Below, one piece after another: positions 37,191-47,804 of a stretch of DNA of 64,000 bases. The DNA comes from a virus (Duplodnaviria; Caudoviricetes): positions 1,205 to 65,204 of the IMG/VR virus record IMGVR_UViG_3300021376_000051. The stretch is one strand, 5' to 3'. The notes beneath the pieces are model-generated. The model searched no databases, was not told the origin of the DNA, and saw only the letters and a program-made list of their open reading frames with translations. Position numbers and translations under genes: made by a program. Positions within the stretch are counted from its first letter, which is position 1. Each line of letters begins with the position of its first letter.

Positions 37191-37736
37191 TTAATTCTCC
37201 TTTTTACTTAACTTACTGTAAGCCGCATCAAAAGCGGGGTCTGATGCCCGTAATGCAGCAACCATTTCCCGGGGGGTAACTGGATCAGACTCGTCTAGCG
37301 TTTTCTTAGCTAACTCAGCCTGCTCTAGTTTAGCCTTAGGAATAAATAAACCTAAAGAATAGAATATACCCTTAAGTAATGTACCTAGTCCGGTATACCA
37401 AAGTATAAAGCAAATAGCAATTATACTAAGAGTAATCATTATATAAGATAATAAACTAGCCCACCAAGGAACCTTGTCTTCTACTTTGGTTAACGCAACC
37501 AATGTAGACTTAGTTAGATTAACTATAGTATCTTGTTCTTTCGTTCCAGCAGATGCTTCTGCTTGGATCGACGCAACATCTATAACCTCGGTTTTTGTGG
37601 CTTCATCAATTCTAATAAACCTTTCCTTAGAAGATTGAGCCAAAGTAGATACTTGATTAGCATCTTTTGCGATTTGTGCTGTTGGTGATTTACAACCAAC
37701 TAGAACTAAACATAGTAGTAATATATACTTATACAT
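37191..37736 (-). CDS. Lipoprotein with a second TM helix (u-spanin-like architecture)
   Basis: Lipobox LVLVG-C; helical region; TM WWASLLSYIMITLSIIAICFILW. Confidence 0.55.
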   Translation of the reverse strand: MYKYILLLCLVLVGCKSPTAQIAKDANQVSTLAQSSKERFIRIDEATKTEVIDVASIQAEASAGTKEQDTIVNLTKSTLVALTKVEDKVPWWASLLSYIMITLSIIAICFILWYTGLGTLLKGIFYSLGLFIPKAKLEQAELAKKTLDESDPVTPREMVAALRASDPAFDAAYSKLSKKEN

Positions 37737-38002
37737 TACTTTCTTCTTTCTAGTTCAACAACTCTGGCTTTAAGATCGTCTAACATTGCTTTGTGTGTGG
37801 CATCATTAGATGATATTTGAATTTGTGCTTTAACCAAGTCTTGAACAATTGTTTTTAGTTCTGATAAGTCTTGATTTGTTTTATCTAGCATTTGGGATCT
37901 TTTGCCAATATCAACAAAAAAAGCACCAACACCAATAGCTAAAACAACCAATTGGAACCATTGAACTAATATAGCGGATGTTTCTTTTTCTTTTGGTGGC
38001 AT
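37736..38002 (-). CDS. Single-TM coiled-coil protein (possible holin)
   Basis: N-terminal TM helix followed by a heptad-rich tail; position after the tail fibre. Confidence 0.45.
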   Translation of the reverse strand: MPPKEKETSAILVQWFQLVVLAIGVGAFFVDIGKRSQMLDKTNQDLSELKTIVQDLVKAQIQISSNDATHKAMLDDLKARVVELERRK

Positions 38003-38011
38003 AAGATCTCC

Positions 38012-41000
38012 TTAAATTTCTGAAATTGTAGTTGTATTTAGACCTTGGTTAGCTGCTACTGTACCTTCAATTAAATCTAAAGTTGCATCAGTATTAAGAA
38101 TACTAAGTCTAATCCATAAATCACTTGGAATACCAACATTTACAAACTTTACAGCGCATTCATTTCTACCTGAAATTGATACATTATTTGCTGAAGTCCA
38201 GGCATTATCTTTATTAGCTGGACTTGCTGCTTTATAGTTGTGCCTTGAAAATACAGTTTTAGTTGATATATTTCCAGTTGCTATTCTATTAGTCCAGTTA
38301 TAAGCTGTATTAAAAGATCCATTATGATATCCTTGATATTGCGAGTTCCACTGTGCCGTATAGTCATCAAAGTTATACCAGTCTACTGCCGAGTTTAAAC
38401 CTGCACCAGCATCAAACGATTCAATACCTGAAGTATAATAATCACTAGAAGCTGTCCCATAGTCTGTGTTGTAAACTTCTAGATCCCAGTTCCAGGGTCC
38501 ATAATCTTTTTCAGTATCTACTGTTACACCATCTCTAATTCTAGCTTGAGATCCTAATGGTGTAAGCTTTCTAAAAATTCTACTGTAACCAATTGATTTA
38601 ACTCTTGGGACAATAATACCTATAGTAACAACCAATCTTGAATCTGAACCTATTTGTTCAATTGCTTCATTTTTTACATAAACTTTAATCTTAGAATGAT
38701 CAACTCTTGTTTTTAAATAGTTACTAGTAGCTGTTTTAATATTATTCCCAAAAACTTGATTCAATGAGGTTAATATAGTATTATCTGAAAATCTGCTATT
38801 AGATGCAAATCCATGCTCTAGTAAAATAGATGTTCTTAGTTTATTACTACTATCTCCAGCATTTCTAAATGTGTTAGTAAGGTTTTTCTTACAAACTAAT
38901 CTAAATACATACTCATCAACAGGATCTGGAACAAATCTGGATGCTTCTGAGAATAATTTATTTGCATCTATATTTAATAGATGTGTTCCAATTAATCCAT
39001 CTGGCCAACTAGAAGCAATACTTGCTACTCTTATATCGTTTGGTCTATAGTGCCAAGGCCACCAATCACCACCGTAAATGCCAACTGGAGATAAAGGATC
39101 TCCATTAGTTGAAATTGCCGATCCTAAGAGAGGATTACCAGCAGCATTGCTTATCCCAGATCTAACTATTGGTGGCGCATACTCTGGTTTTCCTAAACTA
39201 AAAAATTTCATGGTATCGGTTACTTGTATAGTACCAACTTCTTGGGCCATCCAATCAATATCAGCTAATCCAAATACTTCTGGATTTATGCCACCCAGTA
39301 AGTAATACTGACTACTCCACTGGTAATTCCAAGCACTCCAAACACCATCTGCTTTAAATACAGTACCATCATTAAGTTCTGTTGTGGTGCTTTGGGCATA
39401 TGTTAGTTGTGTTGGCTTTGACCAACCTTCCCACCTTAGTTCTTTTTTTAAAGTATTAAAGTTTTGTTCTACTTCAGCAAAGGCTTCTGTTCCAGCTACT
39501 GGTGTTGGTGTTCCTTGGCTTAAACCACGACCGTCAGCAGTTAATACTGGTTGAGTTCCACTAGCAGATAAAGCAAGTGCTTGTCTGTTGTAATAAATGA
39601 TTTGTTTTGGAATTTTCCACAACACAGCAGCTACCGTTTCGTTTCCCTCTAGTCTTTTAAAGTTAACATCAGTAAAGGAATTGTATTCAGCATTTATAAA
39701 AGAAGATTTTCTTCTTCTTACAAATCTTTCCTTTATTATAGCATTATTATCAGCAGCTGTAGAAGGATGGGTATCTGTACTATATTCAAGATTAAATAAT
39801 GGAGTATCCCCAGATACGGCATTTGTTGTTCTATCATTCATAGAAGCAAAGGCAAAATCTCTTAAAGCCGCTAAATAAAAATCATGGTATTTTACAGTTA
39901 CTAATGAATTTTTATCAATTGTATTTGGGTTGGTATTAACTCTAAGTTGTTGTGTTAAACCAGGTAAGGTAGATGTAGATACAAAACTACCACCTATTAT
40001 TACAGGAATGCTTGATAAATTAGAAGTAGCGCATTCAGGTACAGAAAGATAGAAATGTCTTACACCATAGCAACTAATTTTAGATTTAAGGGTTGTTGCA
40101 GCTCCAATTGTTGTTCTTGTAAAAAATGGTGAAGTTTGATATACGTTTCCACCAGATAAAATACCATGATACTTTAATAATGTACCAGCACCAACATAAT
40201 ATCCATCAGCGGTGGTGCCACCAGTAGAAATAGCACTACCATATAATTCTAGTGGTTTATTCCAATACATAGATTGATAACCATCTAACATATTTCCAGT
40301 TGCTGAATCAAGAATATTTTGCCGGTCTTCGTTTAAATTCCATAAGAATTTTACTTTTACTGGATTTGCAATATTACTAGCTACGTTTTGGAACCTAGTT
40401 TCTATTGATGTTAGGTATTGTCTAAGATCTGTAATTACTGGATTATTTGTTTGAACAGCCGGAACACAAGACTGTATAATACTGTAAACAGTTGGTGGAT
40501 CTGGTAAGACCCAGTTATTATTTGCATTTCTAAACTGATCTAGATTAGAGCCAACGTCTACAGCAACTCCACCATTTGTATAGGAAAGGTTTGTTGCTAG
40601 GTTTTGAAAGGCTCTACCTGGTGTAACAACTGGAGTACTAAACAAATTAAAAGAAGCTTGAGTATTTATCCACCTAGATGTTGTAGAATCATACTTAAGA
40701 ATATCATTATTTTCTGGTGGGTTCTCTAATGTTACATCGGTTAAACTAGTTAAGTCTGTAGATACGCCATTACTGGCAACAAACTTAGTTCCATCCCAAC
40801 TAAGGGTAGAGTTTGGATCAAGGTTTCCAAAATCAAATATTACAGGATTTGGGCCACCAATACTAACAAAATTAAACGAAGATGCTGTTACAAGTGTCCA
40901 TTTTGCTGGATGGGTTGTTGGACTTTCTTCAGCTGTTGTTAGCTGTAGACATCGATAAACCGATCCGTTAAATGTAACTACAGAACCAATCTGATAAACA

Positions 41001-41443
41001 GACCCATTACTCCATGCAGGAATACTGTTTAAATCTGTAAATACATTATTATATGTAGATCCACTTAGTTCTTTTTCTTGCGTTAAAAAGAGTAACTGAT
41101 GGAATGCTGAGTTAAGTTCATTAGCCGATAGTTTTGCACCATCACTAAATACAGTAAGCATTCTTTGGTCATTAGTTATTCTTCTAATAACAACCTGACC
41201 AGATGGAGCGGAGTTAAATACAATATTAGTACCTTGGATTGTATATTCAGTATTCTCTACCCGTAGTGTTTCTACGCCGTTTACTGATGGTCTTGTGTAT
41301 ACATAAATCTGATTAGAAATAGGTATTTCACAAATGTAATATAAAGAATCGTATGAGAATGTAGTGCCACCAGCTGCATTAAAAACCGCTTCTACATTGC
41401 TAGCTAAAATAGGTAGATTTGCTGAATAACTATAACAAGGCAT
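38012..41443 (-). CDS. Tail fibre/spike with T7 gp17-like N-terminus and a CBM5/12-like module
   Basis: IRR.T.....VFSDGAKLSANELN....QLLFLTQE; AW....Y..G..V..NG..Y.C...P..W. Confidence 0.85.
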   Translation of the reverse strand: MPCYSYSANLPILASNVEAVFNAAGGTTFSYDSLYYICEIPISNQIYVYTRPSVNGVETLRVENTEYTIQGTNIVFNSAPSGQVVIRRITNDQRMLTVFSDGAKLSANELNSAFHQLLFLTQEKELSGSTYNNVFTDLNSIPAWSNGSVYQIGSVVTFNGSVYRCLQLTTAEESPTTHPAKWTLVTASSFNFVSIGGPNPVIFDFGNLDPNSTLSWDGTKFVASNGVSTDLTSLTDVTLENPPENNDILKYDSTTSRWINTQASFNLFSTPVVTPGRAFQNLATNLSYTNGGVAVDVGSNLDQFRNANNNWVLPDPPTVYSIIQSCVPAVQTNNPVITDLRQYLTSIETRFQNVASNIANPVKVKFLWNLNEDRQNILDSATGNMLDGYQSMYWNKPLELYGSAISTGGTTADGYYVGAGTLLKYHGILSGGNVYQTSPFFTRTTIGAATTLKSKISCYGVRHFYLSVPECATSNLSSIPVIIGGSFVSTSTLPGLTQQLRVNTNPNTIDKNSLVTVKYHDFYLAALRDFAFASMNDRTTNAVSGDTPLFNLEYSTDTHPSTAADNNAIIKERFVRRRKSSFINAEYNSFTDVNFKRLEGNETVAAVLWKIPKQIIYYNRQALALSASGTQPVLTADGRGLSQGTPTPVAGTEAFAEVEQNFNTLKKELRWEGWSKPTQLTYAQSTTTELNDGTVFKADGVWSAWNYQWSSQYYLLGGINPEVFGLADIDWMAQEVGTIQVTDTMKFFSLGKPEYAPPIVRSGISNAAGNPLLGSAISTNGDPLSPVGIYGGDWWPWHYRPNDIRVASIASSWPDGLIGTHLLNIDANKLFSEASRFVPDPVDEYVFRLVCKKNLTNTFRNAGDSSNKLRTSILLEHGFASNSRFSDNTILTSLNQVFGNNIKTATSNYLKTRVDHSKIKVYVKNEAIEQIGSDSRLVVTIGIIVPRVKSIGYSRIFRKLTPLGSQARIRDGVTVDTEKDYGPWNWDLEVYNTDYGTASSDYYTSGIESFDAGAGLNSAVDWYNFDDYTAQWNSQYQGYHNGSFNTAYNWTNRIATGNISTKTVFSRHNYKAASPANKDNAWTSANNVSISGRNECAVKFVNVGIPSDLWIRLSILNTDATLDLIEGTVAANQGLNTTTISEI

Positions 41444-41455
41444 TGTAAATTCTCC

Positions 41456-44164
41456 TTATTCTATACTTGTATTTAACGATCTCCAGTTACCAATGATGTC
41501 TATATTAGTAATGTTACAAGGAGTCGGATAGTCTGATTTAATGAATATTTTGCATGATTCTGAGTAAGATAAGATTTTAGCAAAGTGTTCACCTACGGCA
41601 TCAATCTTAATATTACCTTGAATTGATTGTAAACTGTTAATATCAAAGGGGTAGAATGAAACATTTGTTGATGGTCTACCACGTCTTTGAATTTCAATAT
41701 CGTAAACACCAGAATTAAGGTGTCTGGTTGTAATTCTCTTAAGGTTTAATACACCCTCTACAACCTGTCCTGAACCCTGGCCACCGCCACGGATTACCTG
41801 TTGAGATAGTTCTATAGACATCTCATAAGATCTACCAACCCAAACAGAGTTAGCTGTAATATTACCAGAAACAGTAAGTTTGGTATATCCAGTAACATTA
41901 TCAACAAAGGTATTTACGATATTTATATCTGTATAAGCGTCATTACCCCATGCCGAAGATTTTATAACCGAATCTATTCTTGGGTCATAAAATGGTAATG
42001 TAATTATTGTATTTGTACCATTAAATGTCATAAATGGTGTAGTTATAAGTGTTAACCAATCAATCATTGGTGTAGTAAATGGCACTGTTTCTAAGGATGT
42101 AAAGTAAACTGTTAGTGCTTTATTTGTTGAATTAGAAGTAGCTGGTCTTTTTGATACAATATAAAAGTCTTTTTCGTAGGTTTTAAGTGCTACTATGTCA
42201 TCCTCTGGAGCTAGTATCCATCTATGAAAAGCATTTTGAGCAATCTGTTCGCCATTAGTTCTAAATACAAAGTTAAATAGTTGATTTCTATTATTATCAT
42301 CTACCATGTGAATACTATCTGTAGATGAGCTTGTAGTTAAAACTCTAATATTTTCTGGTAAATAATCTTTACAGTGCTGACTAACATCAATAGCTGTGGA
42401 GTATTCACTAGTAGCATTACCACTACCTAAATACATATACATTTTACTGGCATTAGCAAAGAATATATTGTTACCGAGTTTTTGTGGTTCTGTAATTTTA
42501 GAGGTGCTATAGAAAGATGTAGGTCTAAACTCTACGTTAAACGGAGAAATACCTACATCAGCGGAACCCCCACGAACCTCAAACTGTAAAGACCCAGCAG
42601 TAGCTACAAACAATGTACTCTGGAATGGTACAATGTAAGTAAGTTTATTATAAACACCCACAGTAGCCTGAATATCAATAGGATCTGTTTCTGTTACATT
42701 CTCAATATCGTTAATCCAGAAATCAAAATAATCATTTAGTCTACTAGAAAATATTGTATTTTCGGTAGCAATCCAAAGTCTACTTTTCCATAAAGTAATA
42801 CTTTGAATTTTTTCTTTTCTAGTAAATGCTGTTGGTCCGGGATTACTAATATCTGTACCAGAAATTCGTGGCTGTACCGGCAATGGCCTTACTTTCCAAT
42901 TACCACTACCAGTAACATCTTTATAGATTATAATTGGTAATCTTCTATGATCAAGCACCGAGTTTGGAGATTCTGATCTTACACGCTCATAGTATGGATT
43001 TCTTGAAAATCTAGTTGCTCTATAGTAACTAACTGGAAATGTACTATATGAGTTTCTTGTAAAAAATACCTTACCAAAACCAGGTATAGCACTGTCTCTA
43101 ACCAGTGGTGTTAGTGGAGATGTCAGATAGTATTGGTCTGTATTAAAATCAATATTTGTTCCAGCAGTTCTTGGTATAATTCTTGGATTATCAATTAAAT
43201 GGTATAATGTTCTTGTTGCTTTAAATCCACAAGTTGTATTTGTGTTAGTTTGTACATCGGTTACAGGATATTGTGGAACACCTTCAAAGTTTTCTTTGCT
43301 TTGTCCATCATCTACTTCAACACCATCAACAAGAGTAATATCAATATCATCTCTTACGTTTTTTATATATCCAGGATCTCCGATAATATCTTCTGTTGTT
43401 GGTATTGTTCCTGGTGGAAATGTAGATATCTTATAGTTAATTGTATCACCGGAATGTATAAATTGATTTGTTTCAAATGTACTAGCCCACCCTAAAGCAA
43501 CATTTGAAGGATCTAATGCTGCATTGTCAGGTAAATAATCAATTTCAACTAACTTGTTCCATAAAATTATACCAACATCAAAATCTGTAGAACCAAAAGT
43601 ATCTTTAATATTTGTTGCCGATACTGATCCTTTAACAGAACGAGCTATTCTATAATTAGAAGTACTATTTTTGTTACCATATGTCAAGTACTCAAATATA
43701 GCTCTGTTAAATCCAGATGTATTACTTACTGTTGTACCTACAGATGAGTCAACGGTTTCTTTTACCCATTCAGTAGGTTCAATCCTATAAACAGTAATAA
43801 AATTAGATAGGTTTATTTCTTCATTTGTATTTGGATTAACATAACTATTAGATGGTTCAAAGTCATATCCAGATCTGTTAATTATAATACAATAACGATT
43901 AAATCCATCAATATCTAAGAAATGAAAATATAAATTATCAGCATTAAAGTTAAGGTTAAGGGGAGGATTTAGATTTGGGATATCTAAATATGCGCTCCCC
44001 CCACCCATATTAATACTACTTAGTGGTGGTCGTTTTTCGGCAGACCTCTCCAGCGTAACCAAGCAGTTGTCAATATTTTCTGCTTCGGTTGTCAATCGTT
44101 TAGTAGGAGCCTGTCGCCCTACACCACCACTAAGGCTGTTAATTGGAAGTCTTATAAATGCCAT
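41456..44164 (-). CDS. Tail tubular protein B (gp12-like nozzle)
   Basis: I.SL.GGVGRQ...R; KRPP; RLW; DPID; QNAFHRW; SDYPTP. Confidence 0.92.
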   Translation of the reverse strand: MAFIRLPINSLSGGVGRQAPTKRLTTEAENIDNCLVTLERSAEKRPPLSSINMGGGSAYLDIPNLNPPLNLNFNADNLYFHFLDIDGFNRYCIIINRSGYDFEPSNSYVNPNTNEEINLSNFITVYRIEPTEWVKETVDSSVGTTVSNTSGFNRAIFEYLTYGNKNSTSNYRIARSVKGSVSATNIKDTFGSTDFDVGIILWNKLVEIDYLPDNAALDPSNVALGWASTFETNQFIHSGDTINYKISTFPPGTIPTTEDIIGDPGYIKNVRDDIDITLVDGVEVDDGQSKENFEGVPQYPVTDVQTNTNTTCGFKATRTLYHLIDNPRIIPRTAGTNIDFNTDQYYLTSPLTPLVRDSAIPGFGKVFFTRNSYSTFPVSYYRATRFSRNPYYERVRSESPNSVLDHRRLPIIIYKDVTGSGNWKVRPLPVQPRISGTDISNPGPTAFTRKEKIQSITLWKSRLWIATENTIFSSRLNDYFDFWINDIENVTETDPIDIQATVGVYNKLTYIVPFQSTLFVATAGSLQFEVRGGSADVGISPFNVEFRPTSFYSTSKITEPQKLGNNIFFANASKMYMYLGSGNATSEYSTAIDVSQHCKDYLPENIRVLTTSSSTDSIHMVDDNNRNQLFNFVFRTNGEQIAQNAFHRWILAPEDDIVALKTYEKDFYIVSKRPATSNSTNKALTVYFTSLETVPFTTPMIDWLTLITTPFMTFNGTNTIITLPFYDPRIDSVIKSSAWGNDAYTDINIVNTFVDNVTGYTKLTVSGNITANSVWVGRSYEMSIELSQQVIRGGGQGSGQVVEGVLNLKRITTRHLNSGVYDIEIQRRGRPSTNVSFYPFDINSLQSIQGNIKIDAVGEHFAKILSYSESCKIFIKSDYPTPCNITNIDIIGNWRSLNTSIE

Positions 44165-44826
44165 TAGAACCTCGTTCTTGTAAAGTATGGATCATTACTT
44201 AGGATACCACGGCGATTAACTGCTGCTCTTGTACCGGGATCACCCAAGAATATAGATCTGTTCTTTTTAAATATATCAGATGCCCTGCCTCTAGATACAA
44301 AGACTTGTTCTTGCATAGCAAGCCTTTTATCTATATTAATATCACCTTGAGTAATCATTTGATACTCTCTAGCGGCAGTTTCCATAATTGCTCTTTGTAA
44401 GGGAGAATCAATATCATCCCAACCATATTTACTTTCGTCGTTACCTAGTAAAACAATAACTTCGACATCCAAAGACTGAGTAAAAACATCTGTTTGCTTG
44501 GTGATGTTGAATAGCCTAGCAGTAGGATTGGACTTTAATGTAGTCTGGATCACCTCCCCCGTCGTAGGATCGAACAGAGGCTCAACAACCTGGGCATAAC
44601 AAGCAAGAGATGGTAAGTTAATTTTACCATTAACGTCAGGAGCAATTGTCGTTACATATCTATTATTAGCTAACCCCCTTAATTGATAGGTTTTTATGGT
44701 TTGCTTAAGAATAAACTCTGCAACACTTATATCAACCCCAGCTTCTGCACTAAGGTCATTAATAAGATGTTCACCTGAAACAAGCAACATGTGGTTCACA
44801 GCTTCGGTATAGCTATAGGAACCCAT
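44164..44826 (-). CDS. Tail tubular protein A (gp11-like adaptor)
   Basis: EAVN.ML..SGE..I..L; W..I....Q..I...AAR. Confidence 0.9.
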   Translation of the reverse strand: MGSYSYTEAVNHMLLVSGEHLINDLSAEAGVDISVAEFILKQTIKTYQLRGLANNRYVTTIAPDVNGKINLPSLACYAQVVEPLFDPTTGEVIQTTLKSNPTARLFNITKQTDVFTQSLDVEVIVLLGNDESKYGWDDIDSPLQRAIMETAAREYQMITQGDINIDKRLAMQEQVFVSRGRASDIFKKNRSIFLGDPGTRAAVNRRGILSNDPYFTRTRF

Positions 44827-44993
44827 TACTTAGCTCCCTTCTTTCCATAAGGAACAAGCCTGTTTAATGCTTCTTGGCGTTTCTGACAACCACAGCCTTC
44901 TGTTTGCTTAAAGCCAAGCTTCTTAGCAACATTAGCTACGGTATCACCAAGTCCACGGGACGATTGTTGTACTGGATTGTATGGTTTTAACAT
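44826..44993 (-). CDS. Small phage protein (GLGDTVA...CGC..RQE.LN)
   Basis: GGAGG RBS before MLKPYN; motif recurrent in aquatic phages. Confidence 0.7.
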   Translation of the reverse strand: MLKPYNPVQQSSRGLGDTVANVAKKLGFKQTEGCGCQKRQEALNRLVPYGKKGAK

Positions 44994-45008
44994 ATAATCC
45001 TCCCTTCT

Positions 45009-45046
45009 AAAAAAAATACCTAGGGGATCTTTCGACCCCCTAGGTA
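45009..45046 (-). terminator. T-phi-like terminator after the capsid gene
   Basis: TACCTAGGGGGTC-GAAA-GATCCCCTAGGTA followed by a T run. Confidence 0.88.
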
Positions 45047-45063
45047 CTAATAATTTAAATGTA

Positions 45064-46386
45064 TCAGACTGTGTAGCTGCCCTGAATAGCACCGCAAAGC
45101 TCAGGACGGAGTACGCCAGCACCACCCATGATGCTAGCTACAGTGAAGAATGTACCTCTACGGACATCCTTAACTGTCTCAACCTTCATGCCCTGTAGTC
45201 TAAGTGAGCATACAGCACTGCGCTGCCAAATCAAAGCCTTAACTGGGGTAACAAAATCGCTGGTGTTAATTACACCGTTATTACCAACTACGGCATCGTC
45301 ATTACGAGTACCATCAAACCAGTTAAAGTTATACTTGGCATCACCAAGGTCACCAATAACACCAACATTGCCAGCATTAGCAAGTTTACCAACTGAGCTA
45401 AATGCTGTTCTAACGGTGTTTGCTTGACCCTGCTCAACCTTAGCGTGGTCAAGTTCACCAAGGTGGTTGCTCTTGATGATCTTAACACCCATGTACTCTA
45501 GTGATTCGGTAATACCGAACATGCCATTGCTTAGGCCAGTACCTAAGCCGCCTGCTTCAGCAACGCCGCCGAAGAATGGACGACCAGCACCACCCTGTAG
45601 GCCTGTAGAATCACGGGCAATACCAAGAGCACGAATGTCATGGAAAGCCTGTGGAGTAACAGCGCAATAGACTTCACCCATAGTAGCGTCAATTTCAGCA
45701 AGACGTACCATGTACCGCTCTAGATACTCAAGAAGCTTTAGAGCAGCATCGGTACGCTCAGTAGCGCCTGCACCACGAAGACCGAGTACGTTAAAAGCTG
45801 CGTCTGGTGGAAGAACAGCAGCGGCACCACCAACATTCATACCAGCGTATGATGCTGTGAATGGAGCACGGGCGGCTGTAAATGCACCCTGAGCAATCAT
45901 GCAAGCGATCTGCTTATCACGGATGTAGCTAAGCTTTAGACCAGCCTGACGAGCAAGTTCTGATCTATAGTCCCACTGAGTAAGCATAAGATGAATGTCA
46001 TCAAGTTCAAAGAATGAAGCCATTGGTCTTTGATCAAGTGAGATATCAAACCAACCTGGGTTGTCAATATCCTTTGAACCAATAAGCTCTTCACCAGCAT
46101 TCCATACACCGATGTGACCAACGGTGCCGGTAATTGGGAAACGCTTAGTAGTACCTGATTCAATGGTTTCGGTCATTACCATTGGTTCAAATACATTGTA
46201 TTGATCATAAGCATTTAGAACTTCACCACTCCAGATTGGTAACCAGTAATCTGGATTAGCAGAAACTGCTGGAGTACCGGAAGAAGTCGAAGCTGCAGTA
46301 CCACCCTGTGGCCAATTGCCAACGTTTACACCTACTGGGAAAATGGGATTAGTATCACCATTATTAACAACTGAATAATCTGCCAT
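45064..46386 (-). CDS. Major capsid protein (T7 gp10-like)
   Basis: L.IWSGEVL.AY; TIESG...FP..G; DYRSE...Q.G..L; G.GVLRPE. Confidence 0.95.
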   Translation of the reverse strand: MADYSVVNNGDTNPIFPVGVNVGNWPQGGTAASTSSGTPAVSANPDYWLPIWSGEVLNAYDQYNVFEPMVMTETIESGTTKRFPITGTVGHIGVWNAGEELIGSKDIDNPGWFDISLDQRPMASFFELDDIHLMLTQWDYRSELARQAGLKLSYIRDKQIACMIAQGAFTAARAPFTASYAGMNVGGAAAVLPPDAAFNVLGLRGAGATERTDAALKLLEYLERYMVRLAEIDATMGEVYCAVTPQAFHDIRALGIARDSTGLQGGAGRPFFGGVAEAGGLGTGLSNGMFGITESLEYMGVKIIKSNHLGELDHAKVEQGQANTVRTAFSSVGKLANAGNVGVIGDLGDAKYNFNWFDGTRNDDAVVGNNGVINTSDFVTPVKALIWQRSAVCSLRLQGMKVETVKDVRRGTFFTVASIMGGAGVLRPELCGAIQGSYTV

Positions 46387-46508
46387 GTTTGTTTCTCCTT
46401 AAATTAGAAACTCTCTTTAATCTAAAATAATAACTTAGGAGAAACCATTAGTTGTTCCGTGTCTTTGTAAGAAAAACATATATAAATTTCTTACACGATT
46501 CTACGGAG

Positions 46509-47441
46509 TTAACGATTTCTGTAACCAAATCTACTGGTATTTACTAACATTTGTTCGACAGCTCTTCTAAAATTAGGATCTGTTCTATAGCGGGGGTCTG
46601 ATAAAGCAGCCTTCTGTTCCGCCATGTTTTTAAATACCTGTACTTGTTGAGGAACCTGTGATTGATTCACTCTATTTTGCAAAGCCTGGGGTTCCTGAGC
46701 CTTTGGCTTTTGCTGTGGTTGATTAGATTCTACCCGAGCCTTAAGACCTAACAGCACATTCTTATATGCAGTTGTCTGTAATGCTCTATTAGTGGCATCA
46801 ATTTCTTCTTTAGTAAGATTCTCTTGTGCCCACTTAAACATTCGCTTGAGGTTATCACTCCCTCCGACAACCCCAGCCGCTTCGTCCCATGATTGCTTAG
46901 CTAAAGCTTTACGACCACGGATCATTTGCTCAATAATAACATCATCAGCCCCCATCTTATCCTTAATTTCCTTACGGGTAGCTGCACTTACGGAACCACT
47001 TGAGTCAATTTCTTTGCCCCACTTGGTCCAATCTTCTGCACTAACCTTAGTATTATTAATGGTTGGAGCCTGAGATGGTGTATTGATTTTAAGATCTTCA
47101 GGAATACCAGATAAGTCTTCTGGTTTTTCTGGAGTAGTAGATTCAACCTGACGGGTTTCAACAAAGTTTGGATTTGTTACCCCGGCTTCGGCATACTGCT
47201 TCTTCAGAGCAGCAACTTCCTGTCTGGCCTGAGTAAACCCTTTACGGGCTTCTACAAGACTGTTAAACCAAGCATCTGCATCCTTGAAGTTGGATGGAAT
47301 CTTCTGACCCTGATCTTGAACATACTTGTTAAACATAGCACGTTCATGTGTAATAACAGGATCTTCTGATGGTGTTGGATCAACTATATTTGGCTGAGTC
47401 TCGACAGGTTGAGATTGTTCAGCATTTGTATTATCTATCAT
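46509..47441 (-). CDS. Capsid scaffolding protein (gp9-like)
   Basis: VGG......FKWA.ENL; F....E...A.SDPRY..DP.FR..VE. Confidence 0.88.
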   Translation of the reverse strand: MIDNTNAEQSQPVETQPNIVDPTPSEDPVITHERAMFNKYVQDQGQKIPSNFKDADAWFNSLVEARKGFTQARQEVAALKKQYAEAGVTNPNFVETRQVESTTPEKPEDLSGIPEDLKINTPSQAPTINNTKVSAEDWTKWGKEIDSSGSVSAATRKEIKDKMGADDVIIEQMIRGRKALAKQSWDEAAGVVGGSDNLKRMFKWAQENLTKEEIDATNRALQTTAYKNVLLGLKARVESNQPQQKPKAQEPQALQNRVNQSQVPQQVQVFKNMAEQKAALSDPRYRTDPNFRRAVEQMLVNTSRFGYRNR

Positions 47442-47570
47442 TTAAAACTCTCCTTGCTAAGATTGTTGGTTATTTACGACCAGTCTTAGCTTTTTTGTTT
47501 AACTTGGGTTTATTAGTATCTGGCTTTGGGCCAGTCCGATTCTTAATATAATCTAAGTTAACCTTAGGCT

Positions 47571-47798
47571 TCATCGCTTAAGGCCCTTAGTTTTTTGTTT
47601 TTTCTTTGAGGCCATTTCTTTGGCACCCTGTTCATTCATAGACATGCCACCCATCATACCAGCACCGGGCATTCTTTGGAAAGCTCCGGTTGATTCGGAA
47701 GCCATAGGTCCATCTAATAACATCGTACCATTACCAAGCATTCCTTCCATACCCATACCTTGTATTGGAGATTTCTTTTTATTTTGTTTACTTTTCAT
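47571..47798 (-). CDS. Small Lys/Met/Gly-rich protein
   Basis: Basic termini with a Met/Gly-rich core. Confidence 0.5.
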   Translation of the reverse strand: MKSKQNKKKSPIQGMGMEGMLGNGTMLLDGPMASESTGAFQRMPGAGMMGGMSMNEQGAKEMASKKKQKTKGLKR

Positions 47799-47804
47799 GT
47801 TTAC

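Noticed and set aside
44826-45125. T7 10B-like frameshifted capsid extension
   Set aside because: The overlapping frame is +1, there is no evident slippery site, it crosses the terminator, and the downstream gene has its own RBS at 44993
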